Shown one piece after another: positions 20,044-30,470 of a DNA stretch of 64,000 nt (position 1 is the first letter of the stretch; each line of letters begins with the position of its first letter). The position numbers and the translations under genes were made by a program. This DNA comes from an uncultured Veillonella sp. (GTDB taxonomy: Bacteria; Bacillota; Negativicutes; Veillonellales; Veillonellaceae), in NCBI GenBank assembly GCA_963518085.1, contig CAUQIB010000008.1:36524-100523 (forward strand). The letters are read 5' to 3'. The notes beneath the pieces are model-generated. The model saw only the letters and a list, made by a program, of their open reading frames with translations, had not been told where the DNA came from and did not search any database.

Positions 20044-22224
20044 ATGAATCACTTACACATTGCGTTCTCTCATGATGCATTACAAGATTTTGAAGATTCT
20101 ATGACTCGTTTTGCAGTGACATTAGATGAAACTGATTTTTCTGATGTAGCTGCAATTGTGATTACTGATGCAGATCATGAAGAGGTACTAAGCAATCCAT
20201 TGATTGAAGCTCTTCGTATTCCTGTATTCTTAGTGAAAAAAGATGCGAACTCCACTATTAAACCTGAATTTGTAGGCAAGATTACTCGCGTAATCGATGC
20301 TAATGAAGTGAATTACGAATTATATGTAAAACAAATTGAAGCGGCAGCTAAAAAATATGAAGAAGATATGTTGCCTCCATTCTTCCGTGCATTGGCAGAT
20401 TACGTAGAAGATGGTAACTCTCAATTTGACTGCCCAGGTCATCAAGGGGGACAATTCTTTGCTCGTCATCCAGCGGGACGTGCATTCTATAATTTCTATG
20501 GTGAAAACTTATTCCGTAGTGACCTTTGTAATGCAGACGTTAAATTAGGTGACTTATTGATTCACGAAGGACCAGCTTGTGATGCACAGCAACATGCAGC
20601 GCAAGTATATAATGCTGATAAAACGTATTTTGTGTTAAATGGTACATCCTCTGCTAATAAAATGGTGTTAAATGCACTATTAGCCCCTGGAGATGTTGTT
20701 TTATATGATCGCAATAACCATAAATCTATCTCCCATGGCGCATTAGTACAAGCTGGTGCCACTCCTGTATACTTAGAAACCGCTCGTAACCCATTCGGTT
20801 CTATTGGCGGTATTTTGGAACATTGTTTCAATGAAGAATATATCCGTAAATTAGTAGCAGAGCAAGATCCTGAAAAAGCAAAAGCTGAACGCCCTATTCG
20901 TTTGGCGGTGATTCAATTAGGTACATATGACGGAACTATCTATAATGCTCGTCAAGTAGTCGATAAAATTGGTCATTTATGTGACTATATCTTGTTTGAC
21001 TCTGCGTGGGTTGGTTATGAACAATTTATTCCGATGATGAAAGATTGCAGTCCATTATTATTAGAACTAGGTCCTAATGATCCTGGTATTTTGGTTACAC
21101 AATCTGTTCATAAACAACAAGCTGGTTTCTCTCAAACATCTCAAGTACATAAAAAAGACTCTCACATTAAAGGGCAAGATCGCTATGTAAATCATAAACG
21201 TTTGAACAACGCATTTATGATGCATGCTTCTACATCTCCATTCTATCCATTATTTGCAGCTCTTGATATTAATGCGAAAATGCATGAAGGAGAAGCAGGT
21301 AAATTATTGTGGAAAGATTGTGTAGAAACAGTTATTGATGCTCGTAAAGCAGTCCTTAAAAATTGTAAATACCTTCGTCCATTAGTACCACCAGTTGTAA
21401 ATGGTAAAAAATGGGAAGATGGAAATACGGCTGAAATGGCGCAAGATGTTAAGTACTTCGCCTTTGAACCAGGTGCGAAATGGCACTCTTTTGAAGGATA
21501 TGGTGAAGGACAATACTTCATTGATCCATGTAAATTCCAATTGATTACACCAGGTATCAACGTAGAAACTGGAGAGTATGAAGAGTTCGGTATCCACGCT
21601 AATATCTTGGCTAACTATCTTCGCGAGCATGGTATTATTCCAGAAAAATGTGACTTGAACACAATTCTATTCTTGATGACGCCAGCAGAATCCAAAACAA
21701 AAATGGATGACTTGGTAGCACAATTAGTTCGTTTCGAACAATTAATTGAACAAGACGCACCAATGCAAGATGTATTGCCATCCATTTACTACAATAATAT
21801 TGATAAGTATAAAGGATACACTATCCGTCGTTTATGCCAAGAAATGCATGATTTCTACAAAGATCGTAATGTAAGCGAACTTCAAAAGAAATTGTTCTTG
21901 CATGAATATTTGCCTGAGTATGTAAAAACACCTCAAGAAGCAAATTTTGATTTTGTGCGTGGACATGGTGAGTTAGTTCCTTTGACAGAAGCTGTTGGAC
22001 GTATGGCATTAGAAGGGGCTCTTCCATATCCTCCAGGAGTGCTTTGCGTACAACCAGGTGAAAGATGGTCTGAAACTGCTAAAGATTACTTCTTGGCATT
22101 AGAAGAAGGTATCAATAAACTACCAGGCTTCGCGCCAGAAATTCAAGGTGTATATATTACAACTCAAGAAGATGGAACTAAAAAAGCCTTTGGTTATGTA
22201 TTGAAAAAAGAATTTGATAAATAG
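20044..22224 (+). CDS. speF: Ornithine decarboxylase (PLP fold type I, SpeF-like)
   Basis: CPGHQGG, FVLNGTS, DRNNHKS, FDSAWVGYE, TQSVHKQ (PLP lysine), STSPFYP, LPYPPG; followed by potE. Confidence 0.9.
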   Translation: MNHLHIAFSHDALQDFEDSMTRFAVTLDETDFSDVAAIVITDADHEEVLSNPLIEALRIPVFLVKKDANSTIKPEFVGKITRVIDANEVNYELYVKQIEAAAKKYEEDMLPPFFRALADYVEDGNSQFDCPGHQGGQFFARHPAGRAFYNFYGENLFRSDLCNADVKLGDLLIHEGPACDAQQHAAQVYNADKTYFVLNGTSSANKMVLNALLAPGDVVLYDRNNHKSISHGALVQAGATPVYLETARNPFGSIGGILEHCFNEEYIRKLVAEQDPEKAKAERPIRLAVIQLGTYDGTIYNARQVVDKIGHLCDYILFDSAWVGYEQFIPMMKDCSPLLLELGPNDPGILVTQSVHKQQAGFSQTSQVHKKDSHIKGQDRYVNHKRLNNAFMMHASTSPFYPLFAALDINAKMHEGEAGKLLWKDCVETVIDARKAVLKNCKYLRPLVPPVVNGKKWEDGNTAEMAQDVKYFAFEPGAKWHSFEGYGEGQYFIDPCKFQLITPGINVETGEYEEFGIHANILANYLREHGIIPEKCDLNTILFLMTPAESKTKMDDLVAQLVRFEQLIEQDAPMQDVLPSIYYNNIDKYKGYTIRRLCQEMHDFYKDRNVSELQKKLFLHEYLPEYVKTPQEANFDFVRGHGELVPLTEAVGRMALEGALPYPPGVLCVQPGERWSETAKDYFLALEEGINKLPGFAPEIQGVYITTQEDGTKKAFGYVLKKEFDK

Positions 22225-22287
22225 TTGTTTATGATGAGGTAATGCTAGGAGCTTGCTCCTAGCTGAACCTTTCTGAGTGAGGTGCCT

Positions 22288-23604
22288 ATGAGCAGCACAA
22301 GCGAAAATAAAATGAGTGTATTACAGCTTACTATATTAACAGCTGTAAACATGATGGGATCTGGTATTATTATGCTTCCAACTAAGTTGGCGCAAGTAGG
22401 ATCTTTGTCAATTGTATCTTGGTTAATTACAGCCGTAGGTTCTATGGCTCTTGCATATGCCTTTGCAAAAGCAGGTATGTATAGTAAAAAAGGCGGCGGT
22501 ATGGGCGGCTATTCCGAATATTCCTTCGGTAAAGCAGGTAACTTTATGGCGAACTATACCTATGGCGTATCCCTTTTAATTGCGAACGTGGCCATTGCTA
22601 TTTCTGCAGTAGGTTATGGTGCAACATTCTTAGATGCGAACTTATCTCCATTTACAACAGCAATGTGGACAATTGCTACATTATGGTTAGCTACAGTTCT
22701 TAACTTTGGCGGTGCTAGTATTACTGGTCGGGTATCTAGCTTTACTGTATGGGGTGTTATTGGCCCTGTATTTGTTATCTCCACCGTAGGTTGGTACTTC
22801 TTCTCTGGTCATTTGTACATGGAAAACTGGAATGTAAACAACTTGCCGTTTAACGAAGCAGCAACTAACTCCATTGCTATGACATTATGGGCATTCTTAG
22901 GTTTGGAATCAGCAGCAGCTAATTCTGATGCAGTTGATAACCCTGAAAAAAATGTACCGATTGCCGTGCTTGGTGGTACATTAGGGGCAGCAGTTATTTA
23001 TGTATTATCCACTAATATCATGTTTGGACTTGTACCAGCAAATGATTTAGTAAATAGTTCTGCTCCATTTGGATTAGCATTTGCTAGTATGTTTACACCA
23101 ACAGTAGGGAAAATTGTTATGGGCTTGATGGTTATGTCTTGCTTTGGCTCTTTGCTTGGCTGGCAATTTACCATTGCGAACGTATTTAAGCAATCTGCTG
23201 ATGAAGGTCTATTTCCTAAGCTATTTAGTAAAATCACATCCAAGGATGCCCCTGTTGTAGGCATGGTTACAATTACAATAGTTCAGTCTTTATTGTCTTT
23301 GATGACAATGTCTGAATCTTTAAATGAACAATTTGAAGTATTAGTTAACCTTGCTGTTGTTACTAATATTATCCCTTATTTATTATCTATGGCAGCGATT
23401 ATTGTTATCCTAAAATCTGCAGGTCGTAGTGGTAGCGAATTAAGTGGTACTACTTTTATTGCCTTTATTGGCTCCTTATATAGCTTATATGCTTTATATG
23501 CATCTGGTTTAGAAGCGATGACATACGGTTCTATCGTAACATTCATAGGTTGGACATTATACGGATTCATCTCTGATAAATTCGATTTAGAAAAACAAGT
23601 TTAA
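22288..23604 (+). CDS. potE: Putrescine-ornithine antiporter
   Basis: KMSVLQLTILTAVNMMGSGIIMLPTKLA, LWAFLGLESA; multi-TM APC protein after the decarboxylase. Confidence 0.92.
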   Translation: MSSTSENKMSVLQLTILTAVNMMGSGIIMLPTKLAQVGSLSIVSWLITAVGSMALAYAFAKAGMYSKKGGGMGGYSEYSFGKAGNFMANYTYGVSLLIANVAIAISAVGYGATFLDANLSPFTTAMWTIATLWLATVLNFGGASITGRVSSFTVWGVIGPVFVISTVGWYFFSGHLYMENWNVNNLPFNEAATNSIAMTLWAFLGLESAAANSDAVDNPEKNVPIAVLGGTLGAAVIYVLSTNIMFGLVPANDLVNSSAPFGLAFASMFTPTVGKIVMGLMVMSCFGSLLGWQFTIANVFKQSADEGLFPKLFSKITSKDAPVVGMVTITIVQSLLSLMTMSESLNEQFEVLVNLAVVTNIIPYLLSMAAIIVILKSAGRSGSELSGTTFIAFIGSLYSLYALYASGLEAMTYGSIVTFIGWTLYGFISDKFDLEKQV

Positions 23605-23704
23605 TCTTAAATAGATAGGATACTATTATGGGGCATATAAAACTGTAATAGATATTTCCTAGATGTGGAAAATTAAAGAAAAGAATTATCCGCACAATGC
23701 ATAG

Positions 23705-23740
23705 AAATGGTGTATCGTACTTGTATGATACACCATTTTT
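23705..23740 (+). terminator. Terminator after speF-potE
   Basis: AAATGGTGTATCGTAC-TT-GTATGATACACCATTTTT. Confidence 0.7.
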
Positions 23741-23871
23741 ATATATACTTGTATATGAATCCATAACACTGTTTCATAGCGTGTAGACCGTATAGAATGC
23801 CTATAGGCTATAAAATAGTTAGATATACAATACGGTGAGCTGTAGACTCACTAGATTAAATAGGAGTAACT

Positions 23872-24822
23872 ATGTTAATACAAGATAAGCATGCAGTGGA
23901 GCAACGATTGTTACTACAATCGGCTATACTCATGTCATTTGTGGCTATAGGTGGCACTATGATGGGGGTCTTTAGCGGATCTAGTGCCATCTTATTAGAT
24001 GGAGTAGTGTCGTTTATTGCCGTTATTATAAAAGTGATGATGATCATTACATCCAGATTAGTATCCAATGAAACAAGTAAGCGCTTTCAGTTTGGCTATT
24101 GGCAGTTTGAACCGTTGGTGTTAATTGCAGAGGGAAGTTTTACCTTACTTATCGTCAGCTATGCCTTTTTGTCGGGACTGACCGATTTATTAGGTGGTGG
24201 CCGTGCGGTACATGTGGGACCTGCCATCATCTATGCTACGATTTTTACGATTGCTGACACTATCTATTATTTTTATGTACATCAAATCAATAAAAAGTTA
24301 CAATCTAATTTGGTAAAATTCGATAATATTAGCTGGTCTATCGATGCTATGTTAGAAGCGGGGATCTTGATTAGCTTTCTGGTAGCTTTTGGATTAGAAC
24401 ATTTTGGCTATGCAGCATGGGCTGTATACGTGGATCCTATTGTGCTTATCATTTTATCGTTACAAATGATGCCGTCTGCTTTAAAAATTATTATTCCATC
24501 AGTAAAACAAATCATGGGGGTGGCACCTTTAACGTTACATAATCGAATCCAATTTATTATGGATTCTTTCATGGAAAAATATAAATTTAAAGATTATGTA
24601 ACTAGTGTACAAGCCTATGGGAATGTAAAAATGATTGAAATTGATATTTTGATTCCTAAGAGTTTCCCTAAACAAACGATTGTAGAATTAGATGAAATTC
24701 GCAATGAAATTGACCTTGCCATTGGTGGTGACCCGGCAGAGAAATGGGTGACTATTACCTTTACAGCTACGAAAAAGTGGATGGCAAAAGATTATTTATT
24801 AGATGAAGAAGACGAAGATTAA
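23872..24822 (+). CDS. Cation diffusion facilitator (CDF) family transporter
   Basis: SGSSAILLDG, RFQFGYWQFEPL, six TM segments, YVDP, cytoplasmic C-terminal domain. Confidence 0.8.
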   Translation: MLIQDKHAVEQRLLLQSAILMSFVAIGGTMMGVFSGSSAILLDGVVSFIAVIIKVMMIITSRLVSNETSKRFQFGYWQFEPLVLIAEGSFTLLIVSYAFLSGLTDLLGGGRAVHVGPAIIYATIFTIADTIYYFYVHQINKKLQSNLVKFDNISWSIDAMLEAGILISFLVAFGLEHFGYAAWAVYVDPIVLIILSLQMMPSALKIIIPSVKQIMGVAPLTLHNRIQFIMDSFMEKYKFKDYVTSVQAYGNVKMIEIDILIPKSFPKQTIVELDEIRNEIDLAIGGDPAEKWVTITFTATKKWMAKDYLLDEEDED

Positions 24823-24849
24823 TAACGATCTTCCTATGAGGAGACAAAA

Positions 24850-25440
24850 GTGGATTATGTATTGACTATCATGGAAACCTATGGGTATATAGCTATGTTT
24901 ATTTGCATGGTACTAGAAAATGCGAACATTCCCATCCCCAGTGAAATTGTTTTAGGGTTTGCAGGATATTTAGTATTTCAAGGTGTATTTGATTTGAATA
25001 CATCTATTATGGTAGGTGTTGTAGCGGGTATAGTGGGATCTGTATTGTCGTATTGGTTAGGTGAGTATGGCGGAAGACCTGTATTAATGAAATATGGAAA
25101 ATATATTTTGTTTAGTGAAGATAAATTTGGTGCTGCTGAAAAGTTATTTAATCGTTATGGCGGTGCAGCTGTGTTTGTTGGCCGCCTATTGCCAGGAGTG
25201 CGTACATTTATTTCTTTCCCAGCAGGAGTGGCTAAATATCCAATGACACCCTTTGTGATTTGGACTACTTTGGGTACTATCCCTTGGACTATCTTATTAG
25301 TATGGCTAGGAATGAAGTTAGGGGAACATTGGAAAGACTTAATTGAGTATAATCATGAACTACTTGTTGCTATGATTGTCGTATTTGCTGTAGTGGCGGT
25401 AGTATATGGTTTGAAATATTGGAAACGTCGTCATAGATAG
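24850..25440 (+). CDS. DedA family membrane protein
   Basis: LENANIPIPSE, F.RYG..AVFVGRLLPGVRTFISFPAG. Confidence 0.92.
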   Translation: MDYVLTIMETYGYIAMFICMVLENANIPIPSEIVLGFAGYLVFQGVFDLNTSIMVGVVAGIVGSVLSYWLGEYGGRPVLMKYGKYILFSEDKFGAAEKLFNRYGGAAVFVGRLLPGVRTFISFPAGVAKYPMTPFVIWTTLGTIPWTILLVWLGMKLGEHWKDLIEYNHELLVAMIVVFAVVAVVYGLKYWKRRHR

Positions 25441-25450
25441 GGAGATGCGT

Positions 25451-27052
25451 ATGAAATTACATCGTATGACCTATATAGTATTTCTCTTTTTTTTAGGAGT
25501 GTATGTACTAGGCAACCATCTATTGCCAGTGTCGGACCCAGTAGAGTCGAACTATGCTTTAACTGCAAAAGAAATGGTCTTGTCTGGAGATTGGTTGTCC
25601 CCACAAATTTATGGGCACTATTGGTTTGATAAACCAATTATGATCTATTGGTTATTGAGTTTGTCCTATTCCGTATTCGGTATAACAGATTTTGCTGCCC
25701 GGTTTCCATCAGCTCTTTTTGGTGCTTTATCAGCAGCTATGGTCTACCAAGGAGTACGCACCCTAACAGGACAACGAGTGGGATCTTTGCTATCTGCATT
25801 TATACTAGGCACCTCTCTCATTGTGTGGACCATTGCTCATGGGATTATCACAGACATGGTGCTCTTATTTGCTACGGTAGGTACATTCTATTATGCCTAT
25901 CGTGGACTACTAGTTAAGAATTCATGGCATATGACAGTAGCCTATGGATTTGCGGGTATCGCAGTATTGACGAAGGGCCCTGTAGGTCTCGTATTACCGG
26001 GATTACTGTTCCTTGTCTATGCAGGTATTAAACGCTCTTTATCAATGGTGAAAGCTTTATTTCCATGGCAAGGTATTCTCGTATTTTTAGCGATTGTCTT
26101 GCCTTGGTATGGATATATGTATCATACTCACGGCATGGAATTTATCAATGGGTTTTTAGGACTTCATAATGTAACGAGAGCGACTCAATCGGAGCATCCC
26201 GAGGTGAATCATTGGTGGTACTATCTACCTATTTTCCTAGGAGGCTCTCTCCCTTGGACGGGGGCTATTTTATATGGTATGTATCGGGGATGGAAAACAC
26301 GATCTGATGCCTATCTATATACCATGATTATGGGATGGGGAACGATTTTATTTTATACAGCTATGGCCACAAAATATCCGACTTATACCTTTATTTCAGT
26401 AATTCCCTTTAGCTTGTTAGGAGCTTATGGGGTGATTTCTTTGAAAGATGCCGGTCACCGTGCTTGGTGGTGGCTATTAGGACCTACTTTGGTACTATGG
26501 TGGGCTCTTGTTATTGGCACCTTCTTCGCACCTTGGGGATTTTGGTGGACTCTTCGAGCTGTTGTAGTAGGCCTTACCTTATTCCTAGGGGGGTGTTATT
26601 GGTATGGGAAACGATTGATGATGCCTTTCACAGTGGGAATGGGCACCTTGGTAGTACTAAGCATTGTTCTGATAGAAGGGTTGGTACCATTCTTGGCATT
26701 GCGTTCTTCTGTGACGTATCATGAACAAATACGCAGCTTTCATAGACCTGTCTATTATTATGGGGAATATGCAGCGTCTGTGCCGTATTATTTAGATATT
26801 ACTCCTGTCCGTGTGGAGCCTAGTCCTGAGCGATTAGCGAAGTATAATGTACAACGTAGTGCGAAGTGGAATGACAAACATGTAATGCCTCAAATTGAAG
26901 AACAAGAATTATTTAAACGGTTGCAATCTGGAGAACGGATGTTGATTATTACTAATAAAAATTATGGTAAAGAATTAGAGGAATCTTCGGTAGGCCAATA
27001 CTTAGAACGTGATGAAAGTAGTTCAAAAGTAGTGTTATTACATTCCAAGTAG
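25451..27052 (+). CDS. ArnT/PMT_2-like GT-C glycosyltransferase
   Basis: DPVESNYALTAKEMV.SGDWLSP...WFDKP, AARFPSA, LTKGPVG, multi-TM. SD GGGAG precedes 25451. Confidence 0.85.
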   Translation: MKLHRMTYIVFLFFLGVYVLGNHLLPVSDPVESNYALTAKEMVLSGDWLSPQIYGHYWFDKPIMIYWLLSLSYSVFGITDFAARFPSALFGALSAAMVYQGVRTLTGQRVGSLLSAFILGTSLIVWTIAHGIITDMVLLFATVGTFYYAYRGLLVKNSWHMTVAYGFAGIAVLTKGPVGLVLPGLLFLVYAGIKRSLSMVKALFPWQGILVFLAIVLPWYGYMYHTHGMEFINGFLGLHNVTRATQSEHPEVNHWWYYLPIFLGGSLPWTGAILYGMYRGWKTRSDAYLYTMIMGWGTILFYTAMATKYPTYTFISVIPFSLLGAYGVISLKDAGHRAWWWLLGPTLVLWWALVIGTFFAPWGFWWTLRAVVVGLTLFLGGCYWYGKRLMMPFTVGMGTLVVLSIVLIEGLVPFLALRSSVTYHEQIRSFHRPVYYYGEYAASVPYYLDITPVRVEPSPERLAKYNVQRSAKWNDKHVMPQIEEQELFKRLQSGERMLIITNKNYGKELEESSVGQYLERDESSSKVVLLHSK

Positions 27053-27063
27053 AGGGTGAACCT

Positions 27064-27774
27064 ATGTCAGTAGAACGATTAATGCGACAATTAAAAGGAT
27101 TTTCTAGTCCGCATGTGTATAATCCTTGGAATGACTTTGATGGACGTTATGATACGAATCAGCGAGCGAGCTCTATTCGGAGAAAGCAATTGCAAGCTTA
27201 TTTGGAGCAGCGATTAGAGCGTGCTAAAATTCTCATCATAGCAGAAGCCGTAGGCTATCAAGGAGGGCGATTTACAGGAATTGCCATGACCTGTGAAAGA
27301 ATGCTTTTAGGGCATCACCCTACAGTAGGACCCTCTATGGTGTTTACAGGGCTAGAGCCAAAACGAACTAGTAATCCAAAGAGCGAGTACATTATAAAAC
27401 CGACGCAAAAAGAAAAGGGTTTTAATGAGCCCACTGATTCTGTAGTTTGGAATGCTATGTTAGAAGCGAATATCGATCCTTATGAAGTGGTGCTGTGGAA
27501 TATTTTTCCTTTTCATCCCTTTAAAGACACAGATGGTTTGACGAATCGAACACCTACAAAGCAAGAATTAGACATAGGGTGGACTTATACGAAACAACTG
27601 TTAGACCTATTTCCACAGGCTCAGATCATTGGAGTGGGACAGAAAGCAAGTCTTACACTCAGTGATTATGGTATAGATGTACAAGCTACATTACGCCATC
27701 CTGCTAATGGAGGAGCAGGATTGTATAAACAGCAATTCCGAGAATTTCTTGAAGAAGATCTGAAAGCTCAATAG
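27064..27774 (+). CDS. Uracil-DNA glycosylase superfamily protein
   Basis: IAEAVGYQGGRFTG, WNIFPFHP, NRTPT, RHPANGG motifs. Confidence 0.8.
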   Translation: MSVERLMRQLKGFSSPHVYNPWNDFDGRYDTNQRASSIRRKQLQAYLEQRLERAKILIIAEAVGYQGGRFTGIAMTCERMLLGHHPTVGPSMVFTGLEPKRTSNPKSEYIIKPTQKEKGFNEPTDSVVWNAMLEANIDPYEVVLWNIFPFHPFKDTDGLTNRTPTKQELDIGWTYTKQLLDLFPQAQIIGVGQKASLTLSDYGIDVQATLRHPANGGAGLYKQQFREFLEEDLKAQ

Positions 27775-27817
27775 ATAATGCAAAAAAGCGAAAAGTCGTG
27801 GCACTTCTAAAAAAATT

Positions 27818-27880
27818 AAAAGCCGCAGCGCTTCTGAAAACTGCTCTACGCGAAAGTTTTCAGTAAGCACTACGGCTTTT
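27818..27880 (-). repeat. Long GC-rich hairpin element (terminator-like)
   Basis: About 25-bp arms. The mismatches are G-U wobbles only on the minus strand. A degenerate copy of one arm lies at 27791-27812. Confidence 0.6.
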
Positions 27881-28049
27881 CTTTGTGGGGGTGTTATGGA
27901 GAACTATGATATTATTGCGTCATATATTGAGAGATAAACGAAGAAGCACCTCCTTTGTGGTGAATATTATAAAGAAACAAGTATTGCAAAAAATCCTACT
28001 ATCGACAATGATGGTAGGATTTTTATATAGGAATTTAGAGGAAGCTTTG

Positions 28050-29210
28050 TTATAAGGTCTTTTGTATTGGTAGTGTTTGCAATACTTGGATGACCTTTTG
28101 TAATTCTTCTTTTGTGTGTGAAGCGGTGACGGTTAAGCGCAATCGTCCTGTGTTGATAGGCACGGTAGGTGGACGAATGGCACTCAGGATAATGCCTTCT
28201 TGTTCACATAGTCGACTGGCTTCTAATGTGTCTTCGTTAGAACCAATGATAATGGGGAAAATCGGTGTTTCATCACTACTAGAGATGCCTAAAGATTGTA
28301 ATGCTTTGTGCATATATTCCGTATTGATCCGCAGGTTTTGATAGACCCTTGGTTCCTGTATTAATACTTCTAGAGCGCCAAGGCTAGCACCAATATCAGC
28401 TGGAGATAAGGCAGTGGCAAAGATGAATGGACGACTATGATTAATAATGTAGTCGATGATAGTTTGGCTACCGCAGACATATCCACCGATTGATCCTAAG
28501 GCTTTACTCATAGTGCCAGTGGTGATGATACGTGGACTTTCATAGTGAAAATGATGTGCTGTGCCACGCCCCTCACCAATGACGCCAGTAGCATGGGCAT
28601 CATCCACAATGAGAAGAGCATCGTAGCGCTCAGCTAGATCTAGTAGTTCCGGTAAGGGGGCTATATCACCATCCATGCTGAACACCCCATCTGTGATGAT
28701 GAAACGCATACCATAGTGCTTAGATTGAGCGATTAATGGCTCGAGGGCTTGCACATCTTTGTGGGGATACACTTGCACTTTGGCGCCACTAAGGCGACAG
28801 CCATCAATCAGGCTAGCATGGTTAAGTTCATCGCTAAAAATGATGTCCCCTTTATTAACAAGAGCTGATATAGTTCCGAGATTTGCCATAAACCCAGCTG
28901 TGAAAGTGAGAGCCTTTTCACATTCTTTCCACTGTGCAAGACGGTTTTCTAGTTCTTGAAATAAAGGAAAAGAACCAGACGTAAGACGAGCGCCACCAGA
29001 ACCAGTGCCATATTGATGGATAGCCTGTAAGGCACGTTCCTTTACATGTGAATGGTGGGTTAAGCCTAGGTAGTTGTTCGATGCCATCATTAGATAAGTA
29101 GAACCTTCATGGACGACGTGGGTAGCATCGATGGGTGTATACGTACGAGGAGAACGAAATTGTGATTCCTCTTGGCGTTGAGTTAAGGCTTTGGAATATC
29201 GATTAAACAT
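28050..29210 (-). CDS. bioF: 8-amino-7-oxononanoate synthase
   Basis: ASNNYLGL, GSGGARL, DELNHASLIDG, DGVFSMDGD, DDAHA, GTMSKALG, IRPPTVP. Confidence 0.95.
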   Translation of the reverse strand: MFNRYSKALTQRQEESQFRSPRTYTPIDATHVVHEGSTYLMMASNNYLGLTHHSHVKERALQAIHQYGTGSGGARLTSGSFPLFQELENRLAQWKECEKALTFTAGFMANLGTISALVNKGDIIFSDELNHASLIDGCRLSGAKVQVYPHKDVQALEPLIAQSKHYGMRFIITDGVFSMDGDIAPLPELLDLAERYDALLIVDDAHATGVIGEGRGTAHHFHYESPRIITTGTMSKALGSIGGYVCGSQTIIDYIINHSRPFIFATALSPADIGASLGALEVLIQEPRVYQNLRINTEYMHKALQSLGISSSDETPIFPIIIGSNEDTLEASRLCEQEGIILSAIRPPTVPINTGRLRLTVTASHTKEELQKVIQVLQTLPIQKTL

Positions 29211-29958
29211 GGTGAATCCCTTTCGTTGTGACCCACGTAGGGGTAGAGGTAAAATACTGTAGTAATGTTTCTATAGGGGCTTCTTTTGTGATGAAGAAGG
29301 CACGACCACCAATGGGACTACCATAGACTTTCATAGGGCTTAATCGATGATAGGTAGTGCCGTAAGACACATAGCCTGTTGTATAATCTGGATCGTCAGA
29401 CCAACACAGTTCGCCTAGCACATAGGGGGATGCCAAGACCTTGCTAGCCAAAATGAGGGCCTCCCTAGAATGGACAGAGGAACATCCAAAGTGCTGTAAA
29501 TGTCGGCGTATATCAGCATCATTTTCTGCATCCATACGGGATACGCGCACTGTTTGAGGATATACCTCGCCAGTGATTGCGTTAACGAGCCACGCGCCAC
29601 TCACAGTTTTTGTATTTTGACTAAGTTTGGTAAAAGCGCTTTGTATGGCCTGTTCATGGATCTGTGCTTGTTGTAATAGTCGGGTAGCTACCAGATGAGA
29701 CTCCTCGATTGTTGCTGACTCTGTGGTAGCCACTGTGAGAGTCGGAACTTTCACAATGGATTCGTCAGGAATCTCATCAATTTGTAGATTGATAAAATCT
29801 GGACGACCTTTGCTGTGTTGCAAAGCTCGTTGTAAAAATTCTTCTGAAATGCGTGATAAGGACTCTAAGGAGACGAGACGTTCAGCCCCAGAAATATGAG
29901 AGCCCCCTTGTTCATGAGGGCCGCCCTTAGCAGCGCGCATACGAATGCTGTAGACCAT
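29203..29958 (-). CDS. bioW: Pimeloyl-CoA synthetase (6-carboxyhexanoate-CoA ligase)
   Basis: YSIRMRA, HISGAER, HSKGRPDFIN, REALILASKV, ELCWSDDPDYTTGYV, GGR. Confidence 0.95.
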   Translation of the reverse strand: MVYSIRMRAAKGGPHEQGGSHISGAERLVSLESLSRISEEFLQRALQHSKGRPDFINLQIDEIPDESIVKVPTLTVATTESATIEESHLVATRLLQQAQIHEQAIQSAFTKLSQNTKTVSGAWLVNAITGEVYPQTVRVSRMDAENDADIRRHLQHFGCSSVHSREALILASKVLASPYVLGELCWSDDPDYTTGYVSYGTTYHRLSPMKVYGSPIGGRAFFITKEAPIETLLQYFTSTPTWVTTKGIHHV

Positions 29959-29964
29959 GAGTGA

Positions 29965-30459
29965 CTAACCTTGTTTTACTTTCAAAGTGGTAGCCAAACG
30001 AGGTAGTCGGTGTAAGATGCCGTAGAAGATAGGGCTTACAATGACTGTGAAAATCATGCCAGGGACCGCCATCACAAGCATAGGGATGACCATTTTGCCA
30101 AAGGACAAACCAATGGTGATACGGGCGATAGCAGAAGCAATAGGGCCAGAGATAAGAATGGACCACATACGGTTTTTACCAATCCATAAGATAAGACCTA
30201 CGATGAGGCGGAACTGCATGGCAATGGCAACATTTAACAAATTTTGCGTGCCTAGTACAAGACCAATCAAACTAGAAAGACAACCGCAGATGATGTACTT
30301 ACGGAATCCGAAGGCAGCACAAATGGCTACCGCCAAAGGAGCGGATAATTGGAACTCCACCCCGGGAATTAAGTTGGGAATTTTGATACCTCCCAGAATT
30401 GTCATCATCGCTGTTAAGATACCGATCTCTGCAATTGTGTGAATACTTACATGTTTCAT
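29965..30459 (-). CDS. bioX: BioX-like membrane protein (ECF S-component-like), first gene of bioXWF
   Basis: KIP..IPG.EFQLSAPLAVAI...FGF..Y, recalled as matching Lysinibacillus sphaericus BioX; same gene order bioX-bioW-bioF. Confidence 0.7.
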   Translation of the reverse strand: MKHVSIHTIAEIGILTAMMTILGGIKIPNLIPGVEFQLSAPLAVAICAAFGFRKYIICGCLSSLIGLVLGTQNLLNVAIAMQFRLIVGLILWIGKNRMWSILISGPIASAIARITIGLSFGKMVIPMLVMAVPGMIFTVIVSPIFYGILHRLPRLATTLKVKQG

Positions 30460-30470
30460 GTGACCTCCTA

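Noticed and set aside
27906..28055. About 49-codon + strand ORF (MILLRHIL...)
   Set aside because: It runs through a terminator hairpin and has no recognisable protein features.
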